This document shows, piece by piece, positions 1 through 10,531 of a DNA stretch of 54,182 bases (its first letter is position 1; every line of letters begins with the position of its first letter). The translations under genes were made by a program, and so were the position numbers. Under the pieces are notes generated by a model. It worked only from the letters and a program-made list of their open reading frames with translations. It was not told the origin of the DNA and made no database searches. This DNA is from a virus. Lineage: Duplodnaviria > Heunggongvirae > Uroviricota > Caudoviricetes. The DNA lies in IMG/VR virus record IMGVR_UViG_2585427735_000009, one strand, 5' to 3'.

Positions 1-566
1 GCATTCGCCGCCCTGTTTACCGTTTCCCGTAAACCGACGTTATCGATAAAAGCCCCTTTATCCGGAATGTCTGCGCCGTTCTGCTCCCTGCGCAGGTAAC
101 GGTTATCACCTTCGCTTTTGCTGTAAACATCCAGATTATTACGGGCGGTTCCCTTATTCTCCAGGTCGGCGAGATTCTGATCCTTCGCCAGGGCATTAAC
201 GTCAGCGGGACCAAGACTGTTTTTTGTGGCAAGCGTCCCCAGACCAAGATAACCACGGGCCAGACGCTGGGCCTCCGCACCGGCATCAGCAATTTCTTTC
301 AGGTTATTTTTCCGGGAAAAGGCATTCGCAGCGATAATGGCTTTAATGGACAGCGTAAGCTGGTTTAACTGCGCCTTATCCGGCTGAATACTGGCTTCAG
401 CCAGAATATTCAGCAGTTCGGCCTGGAGAATATTCAGCCAGTCCTGACCAATCCAGCTGATACCTTTTTGTCCGTCACCTTCGGTAAACCAGGTGGTGGT
501 ATTACTCTGCGCCGGTGCCAGCGCAGGCATATTCGCCACGCCGGAATTATTATCAACATGAAACAT
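1..566 (-). CDS. Tail fibre protein, N-terminal part (CDS runs off window start)
   Basis: Hand translation from ATG at 566-564: MFHVDNNSGVANMPALAPAQSNTTTWFTEGDGQKGISWIGQDWLNILQAELLNIL..., the conserved N-terminus of Mu/P2-type tail fibres; start overlaps stop of upstream gene (TAATG). Not in ORF track because no stop in window. Confidence 0.6.
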   Translation of the reverse strand, partial: MFHVDNNSGVANMPALAPAQSNTTTWFTEGDGQKGISWIGQDWLNILQAELLNILAEASIQPDKAQLNQLTLSIKAIIAANAFSRKNNLKEIADAGAEAQRLARGYLGLGTLATKNSLGPADVNALAKDQNLADLENKGTARNNLDVYSKSEGDNRYLRREQNGADIPDKGAFIDNVGLRETVNRAAN

Positions 567-1126
567 TAAATAGTCTCCTCTTCATGGCTGTTTGCATAAA
601 CGTAAATAAACGTCTGCCATGCAGGCTTATAACGGTTCAGAATACATTCCAGCGCACCGCCTTCATAAATACGCAGCGGCGTGAGAATATCATCCAGCAC
701 ATTCATATTCCGGTAGCCGGTTTCACTGTTAATCGTGACAATACTGACCCACTGCGAATCCGGTGAGGGCTGAATGTCAATCTGATAACCAAACTCCGCC
801 GCAAACCGGATATAAAATTCACGGTTCAGCGAGGGCTTCATCCGGTATTTATTTCCGGCATAACGCTGTCGCTCCGTGAGGGTGGCTCCGGCCATATCAC
901 ACTCGGGAAGCCCGAGATAACGCTCCCAGTCTTCCAGCAGCAGGCGCGACGTGTCAGGGAAACGCTCGGCAAGCAGCTGTTTACCCGTCCAGGATACACG
1001 CGCTGTCGAATGACTGAGGCCCAGACATAATGATGCCAGTACGGATGACGGACGCTTGTCCCATGCCAGCCCGTCAGGCAGTAACTGCAACAGGGCGCGC
1101 TGATGCGGGGTCAGGGTTACAGCCAT
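566..1126 (-). CDS. Mu gp48-like baseplate/tail protein
   Basis: 186-aa ORF, position between baseplate J-like gene and tail fibre; translation resembles Mu gp48 family tail proteins; ATG at 1126. Confidence 0.65.
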   Translation of the reverse strand: MAVTLTPHQRALLQLLPDGLAWDKRPSSVLASLCLGLSHSTARVSWTGKQLLAERFPDTSRLLLEDWERYLGLPECDMAGATLTERQRYAGNKYRMKPSLNREFYIRFAAEFGYQIDIQPSPDSQWVSIVTINSETGYRNMNVLDDILTPLRIYEGGALECILNRYKPAWQTFIYVYANSHEEETI

Positions 1127-2199
1127 GTGATTTCTCCTACCGTCAGCAGCTCACTGTCTCCCGCCTGAACTGACGTCAGCGGACTGCGCACTTCAAAATC
1201 CTCCAGATTTTTCACCCCTGCCACCGCCCGCCAGAAAGACGACGGCAGAACCAGACCGCCGGGCCGGGATTCGTTATACAACAGGTCGGTCAGCGCCTGT
1301 TTTACGGCCGCCTGATTCTCCGGTGTTTTCGGGATGATCCTGATGCTGAAGGGCACCGGCTTATTGGTCAGTTTAAACACGGTCACCGTCGGCCCCAGAG
1401 GCTGTCCGACAGGCTGGCCGGTCGCCGGATCATCATGACTGCGGATATAATCCGCCACCCGCTGAACATCACCGTCACCGGGGAAAATATCCGGGTTATT
1501 ATCCTGAACAAACGTTACCCCCACGCTGCCCGCCTGCGGCCATTCCGGGCGGCACCATGCCCGCGTCACGCCCGGCACTTCACGCGCCCAGCGTTCAAAA
1601 TCATACTGCGTGCCGCCGGACGGTGGATTCTGCACCCGGAAAACCAGACGGGAAAGCAGCTCCGGCACGGTTTCCACATCCGCACCACCGGTGATCCCCG
1701 TTCCGGTCACCGTGGCCGTCTGGTTGATCCCCGCCTGCGGTGTGATAAATGTCAGTTTTGTCCCTGCCGGGGCATTCCCCGCACGACCGGCACTTTCGGC
1801 TTCCACACTGACATTCAGCGTACCGGCCTTACCGGTCAGGGAGGTGGTGATACGGTAAACCACGCCATCACTTCGCTGGAGAAGCACACCTTCCTTGATC
1901 CCCGCATCCGTGGTCAGCATCAGCTGAACCGGCCCGTCCCCCCGAGAGGCAGGCTTACGCATGACGCCCCAGAATGCACAGTGTTTCAGCAGTTCGGCTT
2001 CATCGGCTTCGGTCGGGATGATCTGACGCGCAATCCAGGCCAGATGCTCATGCTCCTGAGCAGATAACCCTGCCTGAGCGTAAGCAATGGCATTCAGGGT
2101 GGTTTCATTCACACCCGGCTGCGAGCCGGGCAGGCGCTGGCTGATATCCTGCTGTGTCTGCGTGATTAACTGTGCCAGCGGTAAAGGCTGATAAGGCAT
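1117..2199 (-). CDS. Baseplate J-like protein (Mu gp47-like)
   Basis: 360-aa ORF in baseplate block; 8-nt overlap with downstream gene typical of phage morphogenesis operons. Confidence 0.75.
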   Translation of the reverse strand: MPYQPLPLAQLITQTQQDISQRLPGSQPGVNETTLNAIAYAQAGLSAQEHEHLAWIARQIIPTEADEAELLKHCAFWGVMRKPASRGDGPVQLMLTTDAGIKEGVLLQRSDGVVYRITTSLTGKAGTLNVSVEAESAGRAGNAPAGTKLTFITPQAGINQTATVTGTGITGGADVETVPELLSRLVFRVQNPPSGGTQYDFERWAREVPGVTRAWCRPEWPQAGSVGVTFVQDNNPDIFPGDGDVQRVADYIRSHDDPATGQPVGQPLGPTVTVFKLTNKPVPFSIRIIPKTPENQAAVKQALTDLLYNESRPGGLVLPSSFWRAVAGVKNLEDFEVRSPLTSVQAGDSELLTVGEITWL

Positions 2200-2636
2200 T
2201 ACTCCCCCTTAAGATCAGCATAAAAAATCATGGGCCTCACTGAACCATCAGGCAGGGTTATGCGCACCGAAAGCGCCAGCCGCGCGTGTCCCACACGTTC
2301 TGCATGACAGACCACGGATGACGCCACGCCATCCTGACTGAGCCAGCCCAGCGCCTCATCCGCGTAAGCACGGGCACGGCTTATCACCGAGGCCAGCGTT
2401 TTTTCCCGGCTGAGAAGCCACAGACGGGAGCCAATGGGGCGCGGGCGAAAACTGTCTCCCCACCATCCCCGGCGGTCGCGCGTACCGTCAGGGATTTCAT
2501 CCGATGCCAGCGCCCGGCGGTCAGTAAACAGCGAAATCAGAACGGCCGTCAGCAGACTGTCATCCGTCAGCAGGTCGGCACCGTTCAGTTGCAGCGAACC
2601 GCATCCCTGATCCCACACAATTGCAATATCAGCCAT
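2199..2636 (-). CDS. Mu gp46-like baseplate protein
   Basis: ORF track 2199..2780; likely true start is ATG at 2636 (MADIAIVWDQGCG...), overlapping stop of upstream gene by 8 nt. Confidence 0.6.
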   Translation of the reverse strand: MADIAIVWDQGCGSLQLNGADLLTDDSLLTAVLISLFTDRRALASDEIPDGTRDRRGWWGDSFRPRPIGSRLWLLSREKTLASVISRARAYADEALGWLSQDGVASSVVCHAERVGHARLALSVRITLPDGSVRPMIFYADLKGE

Positions 2637-3243
2637 TCTCCGGCACTCCTGTCTTACTGCCTTCGCCGTTATCATGATGCACATGGCCGGAATACCGTAT
2701 CCCTGCAATAACGGCATCCGACATTGTGAACAGTCCCTGAGATTTCCCCGTACCCTCAAGCGCGAAATTACCCTTAACATGCAGGTTCTTATCCACCGTC
2801 ACATTGCCCGTAAAGGTGGCTTCCGGCGTATCCACCCGCATCCCCTCGTCGGCGTAAATCTCCAGCATTTTGCATGTCACAATAATGCGGCCATCCTTTG
2901 TTAACCGTATCCGGTGCCCCTCATGGTGATACACCCCCGTATCTCCGGCTGTGAGTCCGGTCGGGCGGCTGCGCCGGTCTTCCACCACAAGCACCACAGT
3001 CTGATCCCGCTGTCCGCCCAGACAGGCAAAAAAGGTTTCCGCACCCGGCAGGGGAACGCTGATCTGCCCGTACTGCTGGGGACGCTCCACATCATCAAAG
3101 GTTTCGCCGTCCATGCCGGTGAGCTGCACATTCTGCATTTTCAGTTCGTCATGTGTGCCGGTCAGAACGCCCCGGCCAAACAACAGGCGAATACCGCGCG
3201 TTACCGGGGCAATCAGGCGGCTGAACACTTCATCATTCATCAA
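2629..3243 (-). CDS. Baseplate assembly protein V / spike (Mu gp45-like)
   Basis: 204-aa ORF in conserved position between gp44-like and gp46-like genes. Confidence 0.7.
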   Translation of the reverse strand: MMNDEVFSRLIAPVTRGIRLLFGRGVLTGTHDELKMQNVQLTGMDGETFDDVERPQQYGQISVPLPGAETFFACLGGQRDQTVVLVVEDRRSRPTGLTAGDTGVYHHEGHRIRLTKDGRIIVTCKMLEIYADEGMRVDTPEATFTGNVTVDKNLHVKGNFALEGTGKSQGLFTMSDAVIAGIRYSGHVHHDNGEGSKTGVPENG

Positions 3244-4357
3244 AGCTGATCCCCTGTTTTTTCATCTGCTGGCGAATAAAGGCATCAACATCGTCACCGG
3301 AACCACCCCGGCCCTTACTGTCCGGCTCTGCCGGAACGATAAAGCCGTCACGCGGTGCCAGTACCAGCCGGGTGACTTCCCCGTTATGCTCATCAAGTAA
3401 AAACTCCACCTGACAGACCAGCAGTTCAGTCTGTTCTATACCGAAACGCAGGGCTGAAACACCGGTCAGCAGATTGACATCCCATAACCGGCCATCATCC
3501 CGGAACCAGCCACGCACGGTGGCAGAAAACCGTTCTGAACGGGCAATCGCACGGCGCATTTCACGCAGGGCACGCTGCCGTGCACCGGTGATGCCTGTCT
3601 GTTGATCGGCGAGGATGATTTTCGGCCGGTAGCGGCCGATCTGCTCATCACTGATGACGCCCACAGGTGCTGCCAGACGGGCGGCGGATTCGCTGTCTCC
3701 CCGTTTGCCACCACCGCGCCCGTGTCCCCGGACACGGTATTCGCTGTATCGTCCTCGCCAGTCCGTGTTGTAATCGGCATCAAGCAGGTTATCTCCCAGC
3801 ACCAGTCTGTCCGTCTGCTGGCTTCCTGCCTGGGTGAACACCAGATCGCCGTCAGCATTACTGGTCACCAGCACCCCGCGATGCCGGGCAGCACGGGTCA
3901 GCGCATCCGCCACGGTTTCTGAGTTTTCCAGCGTAAAAGAGCTGAAGGGGCGTGCAGCCGTGTCGTCGTTAACCTGCCAGCGCACGGCTATCCCGAAGGG
4001 CGCACATAAATCTGCGGCAATCTGTGCCAGCGTCCGGTTGCGCCACTGGCTGCCGGGATGGATGGCGGCACAGTCCACCAGGTCGCCGGTTTTATCCCGA
4101 CCGCTGATGCTGATCTGATGACGGGTTGCACTGATCCGCTGACTGACCTGATCCAGCCAGCCACTGATGACCGTCTGCCCGTTAATTCTGAGCGTCAGGG
4201 ACTGACCGGTCCGCAGGGCTGAGGGGATGCGCTCACCGGGCAGCATCAGCCCCAGTTCAAACGACCCGGCCAGATGCTCCAGCGAGCGACGGACGCTGAC
4301 CGTCAGCCAGCCGGAAAAAATACTGCCGCCGATATACAGTTCAATCCTGCTGCTCAC
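3233..4357 (-). CDS. Tail protein, Mu gp44 (P) / P2 gpD-like
   Basis: 374-aa ORF downstream of circularization-protein gene; translation MSSRIELYIGGSIFSGWLTVSV... typical of this family. Confidence 0.65.
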   Translation of the reverse strand: MSSRIELYIGGSIFSGWLTVSVRRSLEHLAGSFELGLMLPGERIPSALRTGQSLTLRINGQTVISGWLDQVSQRISATRHQISISGRDKTGDLVDCAAIHPGSQWRNRTLAQIAADLCAPFGIAVRWQVNDDTAARPFSSFTLENSETVADALTRAARHRGVLVTSNADGDLVFTQAGSQQTDRLVLGDNLLDADYNTDWRGRYSEYRVRGHGRGGGKRGDSESAARLAAPVGVISDEQIGRYRPKIILADQQTGITGARQRALREMRRAIARSERFSATVRGWFRDDGRLWDVNLLTGVSALRFGIEQTELLVCQVEFLLDEHNGEVTRLVLAPRDGFIVPAEPDSKGRGGSGDDVDAFIRQQMKKQGISFDE

Positions 4358-5699
4358 TGATCACCTCCACGCGGCGGCCACCCGGAACAAAAACCGGATC
4401 GGGGATATTGTTTCTGCGGACAAAATACTGCCAGCGGCGGCTGTTACCGGTGGCACGGTACAGCGTGACCAGTGCCGGTTCGGTGGTTCGCACCATGACC
4501 TGAAAAGCACCGGGAAGATGCACGCTCCGCGTGGTTAAATCTTCTGTCAGCGCAAGCCCTGCATCACGTAATGCAAGGGCGGTGCCGGTATGGCCCTGTG
4601 CGGACAGATCCAGCACCTGTTGTTCCATGGCATCGCTCAAATCCCGGTTGATACGCTGCACATCAGCAGAACTTTCCAGCCAGGCCAGTCCGCCCGCACG
4701 GTCAGTATCCTGAACGTGCGTCGTATTCTGCCGGATGACCTGATCCAGCAGTTTTCCGACCGTCTGCGCCTGCGACACCAGGGCTGCACTCTGCATGACG
4801 CTCCGCAGCAGACGGATATTGTTCTGTGCCGCAGGCGTCAGACCAATCAGGCGCTGCGGATCATCCTGTTCGCTGAGGGTGTAACGCAGGGAAGAAAGTG
4901 TGCGGTACAGCTGCGGCATGGCCTGCTCTGTCGTGCTGTCACGGTTTGTGGTCAGGCTGCCGGACGGCGTTCCGGCTTTTCCGGTCAGCGACAGGGAAGG
5001 ATCGCCGGGCAGCCCCGCCAGCACGGCAAACATTCCGGCCAGCGATTCAGCCATGCGACGGGGCGCATTAATCAGGGCGGCGGCATTCCCTTTCAGGGCA
5101 GTAAAACTGGCCGTAAAGGCACTGATATCCTGCACAATCCCCATCCCTGAAACGGCATTCTCCAGCGCATCAATTTTATCGCTGATGGTGTCGGTCATGG
5201 CCTGTACATCATGCAGACCGTCTGAAATCACCGTCCAGCCGTCTGAAAGTGTGTTAAACAGCTGATTCATTGCTGAGCCGCTTTTCTGCTCCAGCGCAGC
5301 TGCCGTATCTTCTGCCACCGAAGGGGCGGTATCGTCACTGGCGGGGATCACGTTGATCGTGAACTCAACCGTTCCCTGCTCGCTGGCGTTATAACGGCTT
5401 TCAAAGCTGTTTATCAGCACGTTTAACGTGCCGTAATCCGGGTGCATCAGTTCACCGGCACCGGGTGCACGCAGCGCATCACGCAGGCGGCTTCGCTGTG
5501 TCTGAAGATCGTCTCCGGTCACTAGAACCGTGAATGTGAACTCCGGGAGTTTTGGCCCCAGATCATCCGCACCGCCGCTTTCACGCAGTGGGTATTCACG
5601 GCGCACAATGTTACGTCCGCCCCGTTCCCGCTGCTCCTGATAAACCAGGAACGGTACGCCACGAAAGGAGCCACGCCCCGGCGTGTCAGTAGAGGCCAT
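4341..5699 (-). CDS. DNA circularization protein N-like (Mu gp43-like)
   Basis: 452-aa ORF directly after tape measure; N-terminus ...SFRGVPFLV... resembles DNA circularization N-terminal domain. Confidence 0.7.
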   Translation of the reverse strand: MASTDTPGRGSFRGVPFLVYQEQRERGGRNIVRREYPLRESGGADDLGPKLPEFTFTVLVTGDDLQTQRSRLRDALRAPGAGELMHPDYGTLNVLINSFESRYNASEQGTVEFTINVIPASDDTAPSVAEDTAAALEQKSGSAMNQLFNTLSDGWTVISDGLHDVQAMTDTISDKIDALENAVSGMGIVQDISAFTASFTALKGNAAALINAPRRMAESLAGMFAVLAGLPGDPSLSLTGKAGTPSGSLTTNRDSTTEQAMPQLYRTLSSLRYTLSEQDDPQRLIGLTPAAQNNIRLLRSVMQSAALVSQAQTVGKLLDQVIRQNTTHVQDTDRAGGLAWLESSADVQRINRDLSDAMEQQVLDLSAQGHTGTALALRDAGLALTEDLTTRSVHLPGAFQVMVRTTEPALVTLYRATGNSRRWQYFVRRNNIPDPVFVPGGRRVEVISEQQD

Positions 5700-7743
5700 A
5701 GTTCCCTCCGTTCCAGACGTTCACATCCAGGCCATGCTGTGCGGTATCATCCACATCAATACTGCGCGCCCGCCAGCCTTCAGGGGCCACAAGCTCCACC
5801 CGTGCGGCGGTTTTCGCGGTGGCCTGTCCGCCGTTTTCGTCACTGCTGCCACGCAGTTTCTGCCAGGCCTGCGTCAGCCAGCCCCCCAGATAATCACCGA
5901 GATAGCTGCCCACCGTGGAACCAATGGCAACCCCGACCGGACCGGCAGCCGCCCCCAGCGCGCCACCGGCGATACTTCCGGCAAGAGAACCCACGGCACC
6001 GGCTTTATCGGCTGCACTGGCGCTGCTGTCCAGCAGTACAGGAGCCGCCATGGCACCGGCCCACAGGGCACCACCACCCAGCCGACCGGCACCACGGAAC
6101 AGCCCGGCAAAACGCCCCAGCCCCATGCGGTTTCCGGCCGCCGTTAGCAGACCACCGGCACGGCTCATCATACGACCGAAGAAGCCCTGTTTACCGGCAC
6201 TCTCCGCCAGTTGCTCACCGGCAGTCACGACGGTCGTGACACCCCGTCCACGTCCGGGGCCGCGTTTTTTACGGCCGCGCACGGTTTTGCCGTCACCGCT
6301 GACCACCACATCCCCGCCACCTGAGGCCAGGCCACCCGCAGGCCAGTTGGTGACCAGCACGGGCTGAACGGCAGCCGGATTTACCCCGGTAAGGAAATTC
6401 AGGAACCGGCCAGCGCGTCCGGGCTGCGTTCCCGGTACAGTGGTCTGCGGTTTGCGGAAGGGCGACGTCAGCACGGAGGTCATCGCCATGCCATAGCGTA
6501 AGGGGGTTGCGCCGAGACGTAATGCCCCCGTCCCCGCAAACCTGAGCACCTTCAGCGCACGGGAGGCGAGATACATATACATCAGGTACTTTGCGGCGGT
6601 CTGCGCACCCTGACCAATACGATCCAGCGCATCGCCATAACCGGCGTCGCGCAGTGCCTGAAGCGTTTCCCTGACTTTCTGAATGACCCGGTAAAAGCCG
6701 GTCGCAGCATCTCTGGCATACTCAAATCCCTGATTCAGAGCTAAGGCCGTCTGTGTGGCCAGCTTATCCTGTAAGCCGCTTTTCTGTGCCGCATCGGCAT
6801 AATCCAGGAAGCCTTTCAGGCTCTTTTTCAGGCTATCAAACGGTCCCTTTGCCATCACCTCGCGGGCAAATCCGTCCCAGACATCGCCCATCATGGACGT
6901 CATTCCCGTCCAGGAATTCATGGCGTTTTTCTGGGCACCTTTTGCCTGTTCGGCCATCACCTGAAATAACAGGCGAATGCTGTCCGGCCCCAGTTTTCCT
7001 TTTTCGCCTTTCTCACGGATGATCTTCTGGTTTACGCCCAGCTTATCGGCCAGTAACTGGTAAACGTTAATCCCGTATCCGGTCAGAATATTGGCGTCCG
7101 CTGCCTGGATACTCTGGCGGGCAAACATCTGTTTGAGTTGCAGGGACGCACCCTGTGCATCTGACAGTGACCAGCCGTGATAGCCGCCCTGATCCTGAAG
7201 CATGGTAATAAAGCGACGGGCTTCCCTGTCACTCATGCCAAACCCGCGACTGGAGGCGTATTCCTGCATAACCCCCGCCAGCCCCCAGGTGGTGTCTTTG
7301 GCGTTCTGTACTGCCCAGGCTTTCACTGCTTCCGTTTTTGCCGTATCGCCATGATTAATGGCGTTGAGACGCAGAATATAGTTCTCCATCTCTGCGGCCG
7401 GGCGGATAAAGGCTTTATTAAAACCGTAGACCGCAGCCCCTCCCGCCAGCATCCCGTAAAGGTTGCTTATCCGCCCGATGGTGCCGGTAATGCTGCCCTG
7501 CAGGCGGTCAAAATCTGACGTTACCGTGCGGATGCTGCCACGAACACCGGCAAGCGTTCGCTGCATACGGGAGCCGACAAGTTCTGTTTCCTGACCGGCC
7601 CGGCGGGCTGCATTTCCAAGACCACCCAGGCCTGTCCTGCCGGAACGGGAGAACGCCCCCAGCTCCTGTGACCACTGGCGGGATTTGGCGGAAATATTGC
7701 CGAGTAAATCGACAATCAGGGAGGCTTTCAGGTTTTTTGCCAT
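5686..7743 (-). CDS. Tail tape measure protein
   Basis: 685-aa ORF, Gly/Ala-rich repetitive segments, located between tail assembly gene and baseplate genes. Confidence 0.85.
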   Translation of the reverse strand: MAKNLKASLIVDLLGNISAKSRQWSQELGAFSRSGRTGLGGLGNAARRAGQETELVGSRMQRTLAGVRGSIRTVTSDFDRLQGSITGTIGRISNLYGMLAGGAAVYGFNKAFIRPAAEMENYILRLNAINHGDTAKTEAVKAWAVQNAKDTTWGLAGVMQEYASSRGFGMSDREARRFITMLQDQGGYHGWSLSDAQGASLQLKQMFARQSIQAADANILTGYGINVYQLLADKLGVNQKIIREKGEKGKLGPDSIRLLFQVMAEQAKGAQKNAMNSWTGMTSMMGDVWDGFAREVMAKGPFDSLKKSLKGFLDYADAAQKSGLQDKLATQTALALNQGFEYARDAATGFYRVIQKVRETLQALRDAGYGDALDRIGQGAQTAAKYLMYMYLASRALKVLRFAGTGALRLGATPLRYGMAMTSVLTSPFRKPQTTVPGTQPGRAGRFLNFLTGVNPAAVQPVLVTNWPAGGLASGGGDVVVSGDGKTVRGRKKRGPGRGRGVTTVVTAGEQLAESAGKQGFFGRMMSRAGGLLTAAGNRMGLGRFAGLFRGAGRLGGGALWAGAMAAPVLLDSSASAADKAGAVGSLAGSIAGGALGAAAGPVGVAIGSTVGSYLGDYLGGWLTQAWQKLRGSSDENGGQATAKTAARVELVAPEGWRARSIDVDDTAQHGLDVNVWNGGNYGLY

Positions 7744-7870
7744 GGGTTACTGCTTCGTTCTGAGAATTTTTTCGGTCTGTCGGCAGTGCCGGTAAAGCTG
7801 CGATAAAGGGAGGTTAAGCGCCCACTCCGGGCCGCTTTTTGTCACCATCCCCAGCACAATTGCGGCTTCT

Positions 7871-8350
7871 TCAATCTGATCCCGGCACTGCATCTGGTCG
7901 CCCCCGTTCAGCGACCAGCTTTCCTGCCATCGCGGAATCAAGCAGGCTTACCGCCGCCATCAGACGGGAGAGATCGCGCTCGCTGAGCTGTCCGATCTGA
8001 CGCGGAGACAATGGCCCCTCAATCTGGCCAACAGCGGCAATCTGACGGCGCAGCAGTGCAATGCCGCGCAGTGCCGGCGAGGCTATCAGAACCGGGCCGC
8101 CATTTCGGGTTTCCATAAGACGCTCGGCCTCGGTTTCCGCGTCAATGCTGTCTTTCGCCGTCAGTTCGCGGAAGGTGACGCGGTATTCACGGGATTCCCC
8201 GAACGGCAGACCGTCGAGCAGATCCACATAGCCGTTCGCCAGCTGTTCAGCCAGCCCGGCGGTGCGGGGATCGCCGTCTTCAAGTACATCCCGGATAGCC
8301 TCCATCACGGCCTCGTCAGAAACCGCCGTTTTTTTCTTACGTGTGGTCAT
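7871..8350 (-). CDS. Tail assembly protein (Mu gp41-like)
   Basis: 159-aa ORF between tail tube and tape measure genes. Confidence 0.5.
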   Translation of the reverse strand: MTTRKKKTAVSDEAVMEAIRDVLEDGDPRTAGLAEQLANGYVDLLDGLPFGESREYRVTFRELTAKDSIDAETEAERLMETRNGGPVLIASPALRGIALLRRQIAAVGQIEGPLSPRQIGQLSERDLSRLMAAVSLLDSAMAGKLVAERGRPDAVPGSD

Positions 8351-8364
8351 TGCATTTTTCCTGA

Positions 8365-8730
8365 TTACTGGACACGGGTACTGGTGGCGCTGGCGAACTT
8401 CGCGGAGATATCACCGCCACCGTCAAGCGAGGCCGGTTCACTGCTCCAGGCCTTCGTCATCATATGGACTTCACCGGTATCGGCCACGAACTCAATCGTG
8501 ACCGCAGTCCAGGTGTTGATTTCATCGGCAGCCGGTGAACCTTCTCCGCCAGCCGGAAATTTACAGTCCAGCGTCGCCTCACGGGGTTTCTCACGATAGC
8601 CATAGACTTTCGCGCCTTTCACCACTTCACGCTCAAAGCCGGACGGGGAGAACGTGGCTCCCTCAAGGGTGGCGTACTCCTGTCCGTTCACACGGATGGT
8701 GGCCGTGCCCTGATGCTGTTTTCCGCTCAT
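8365..8730 (-). CDS. Tail tube protein
   Basis: 121-aa ORF immediately downstream of sheath gene; translation consistent with contractile-tail tube family. Confidence 0.75.
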   Translation of the reverse strand: MSGKQHQGTATIRVNGQEYATLEGATFSPSGFEREVVKGAKVYGYREKPREATLDCKFPAGGEGSPAADEINTWTAVTIEFVADTGEVHMMTKAWSSEPASLDGGGDISAKFASATSTRVQ

Positions 8731-8738
8731 GCCTTACC

Positions 8739-10241
8739 TCACAAAATGAAACGGATCTGCGCGGCCATGAAGCGGAACTGGTTAACCAGATCCGGTGTAC
8801 ACATCACATCCAGACGGTTACGGTCTTTTGTGTTGCGCTCCACGAGCAGATTCTTTTTAAAGGTGTCCAGATTTTCGACCAGCCCGAGTTCCACCCATTC
8901 TTCCCCCAGTGCAATCAGCTGGAGCGTCATAATCTCCGGCGTCACGATATTCTGACCGGGCCGGACGGGAGTACCGTTATCGGCCAGTTTGTGGCGCGGG
9001 AAACGCTGCGTGATAAAGGTGCGCAGGGAATAACGCAGATATGACAGGGTGTAGATGGTTTCTACATCCAGATAGCTGGGATCGCTTTCGCCGTATGCAT
9101 TCTGACGGTACATCGTCACCTGACGTTCAATCTGCACCACATCAGCGGCCGCAACGGTCACCGTGGACATGCCGGTATAAAGCAGGCTGTTTCGCTCTTC
9201 CCGCGTCAGACGAGCCGGTGCTTCAGGTGCCATACGGGCAGGCAGCGCCAGTGTCTGTAATGGTCGGGCCGGATCCGTTGACAGGGAGGGCGCACAGACC
9301 GCACAAATGGAGGCCGCCCAGACATAATCCGGCTCTGGTGCTTTAGGAATAGAAGTGCAGGTAAACAGGAAGTCATTACGGGATTCACCAAAACTGGTTG
9401 CCGTACCGAAGGTGCCGGTATGCGCCATCCAGACCATACCGTCCGACATTTTTACCGGTCCCCAGCGTTTCAGCAGTTCATCCGCCAGAATTTTGAGATT
9501 TGCCGCATCCTTATAGGGCATGACGATGTAGTTGTACTGACGATTCCCCATCCCTGAGACGCTACGGGTGATATCGGGGTTTGTTGCCTTCTGTGTTGGC
9601 GCGACGAGCTCCAGCGTAAGACCGGCCGGTGTAGTTTCACCGTCATAATAGTTCACCCGTAAATCATGAGCTGAGCATTCACCGATAAAGCGGGCGTTAA
9701 CCCCCATGCTCCCTTTAAGTCCTTCAGCATTATCACCACTGACTTCAGCTGCGATAGCAGTGAATGGCGCATCAGTGTCAGCGTTAATGACCTTAGCCAG
9801 CTCTTCCACAAGCTCTTTACCTTTTTTCCCCTTACTGACGGGCAGGAGGTAACGGCGACCGCCGATGTAAACACTTAACACCCCGTCTGCCAATGCTGTT
9901 CCAATGATATTCATCACGCATGCCCTGGACTGACCTGTTCCAGCCCCCTGTGCAATGGCATATAACTCTGTGTCAGGGTTAATGGCGATAAATTCCTCTA
10001 CCATCAGTGCAATCATGGAACCTCGCCCCCAGAGTTCTCTTGCTTGTGAAGCTCGGGTAATACGTACTGGTACATCAAGCTGACCGCGCCCCTGAATGGT
10101 GGTGTCTTTCATTGCAGCCTGACCAAACAACAGTACCGCCTGACGCTGTGGTGGAGTGCCGGTCACGGCCATTGAATTATTGATTTCAATCTGTACCAGC
10201 GGAATGCGATTGTTATCGCCGATATAATCAAAGTTAATCAT
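8739..10241 (-). CDS. Tail sheath protein
   Basis: 500-aa ORF; size, position and translation (MINFDYIGDNNRIPLVQIEINN...) match contractile tail sheath proteins. Confidence 0.88.
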   Translation of the reverse strand: MINFDYIGDNNRIPLVQIEINNSMAVTGTPPQRQAVLLFGQAAMKDTTIQGRGQLDVPVRITRASQARELWGRGSMIALMVEEFIAINPDTELYAIAQGAGTGQSRACVMNIIGTALADGVLSVYIGGRRYLLPVSKGKKGKELVEELAKVINADTDAPFTAIAAEVSGDNAEGLKGSMGVNARFIGECSAHDLRVNYYDGETTPAGLTLELVAPTQKATNPDITRSVSGMGNRQYNYIVMPYKDAANLKILADELLKRWGPVKMSDGMVWMAHTGTFGTATSFGESRNDFLFTCTSIPKAPEPDYVWAASICAVCAPSLSTDPARPLQTLALPARMAPEAPARLTREERNSLLYTGMSTVTVAAADVVQIERQVTMYRQNAYGESDPSYLDVETIYTLSYLRYSLRTFITQRFPRHKLADNGTPVRPGQNIVTPEIMTLQLIALGEEWVELGLVENLDTFKKNLLVERNTKDRNRLDVMCTPDLVNQFRFMAAQIRFIL

Positions 10242-10528
10242 CAGGACGTCCCCTTGTCTGATGCTGCGGGTTTTTCAGTCGCGGGTTTTTCAGTCGCAGG
10301 TTTTTCTGCTGCCGCTCCCGCGGGTTTTCCGGCGGCATCAGTCGTTGCAGACGCTGCTGCCGGTGCTGCTTCAGCCGCTTTTTCCACCACAATGACGTCC
10401 CCGTCATTAAGACGGCGGCACCAGAACGGGGTGAAGGGTTTTTCCTCTCCCTCCTGCGCCAGCGGTTTCATGGTGTCCGGATCGCGGATCAGGCATCCCG
10501 GCGCGGGTTTGATAAAAATGGTTGTCAT
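10241..10528 (-). CDS. Mu gp38-like small virion protein with C-terminal EKPAT repeats
   Basis: 95-aa ORF; C-terminus AAEKPATEKPATEKPAASDKGTS reflected in direct nucleotide repeats at ~10264-10300. Confidence 0.5.
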   Translation of the reverse strand: MTTIFIKPAPGCLIRDPDTMKPLAQEGEEKPFTPFWCRRLNDGDVIVVEKAAEAAPAAASATTDAAGKPAGAAAEKPATEKPATEKPAASDKGTS

Positions 10529-10531
10529 CTG

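Noticed and set aside
17-292. 91-aa minus-strand ORF at window start
   Set aside because: Different frame from the tail-fibre reading frame that starts at ATG 566 and has a recognisable tail-fibre N-terminus; likely spurious.
5739-6367. Several long plus-strand ORFs (150-166 aa) inside the tape-measure gene
   Set aside because: Antisense to a clearly real gene in a GC-rich, Gly/Ala-codon-rich region; Pro/Arg-rich translations typical of spurious frames.
10254-10330. Short tandem nucleotide repeats considered as possible CRISPR or VNTR
   Set aside because: They encode the EKPAT peptide repeats of the gp38-like protein; no spacer-repeat architecture and no cas genes anywhere in the window.
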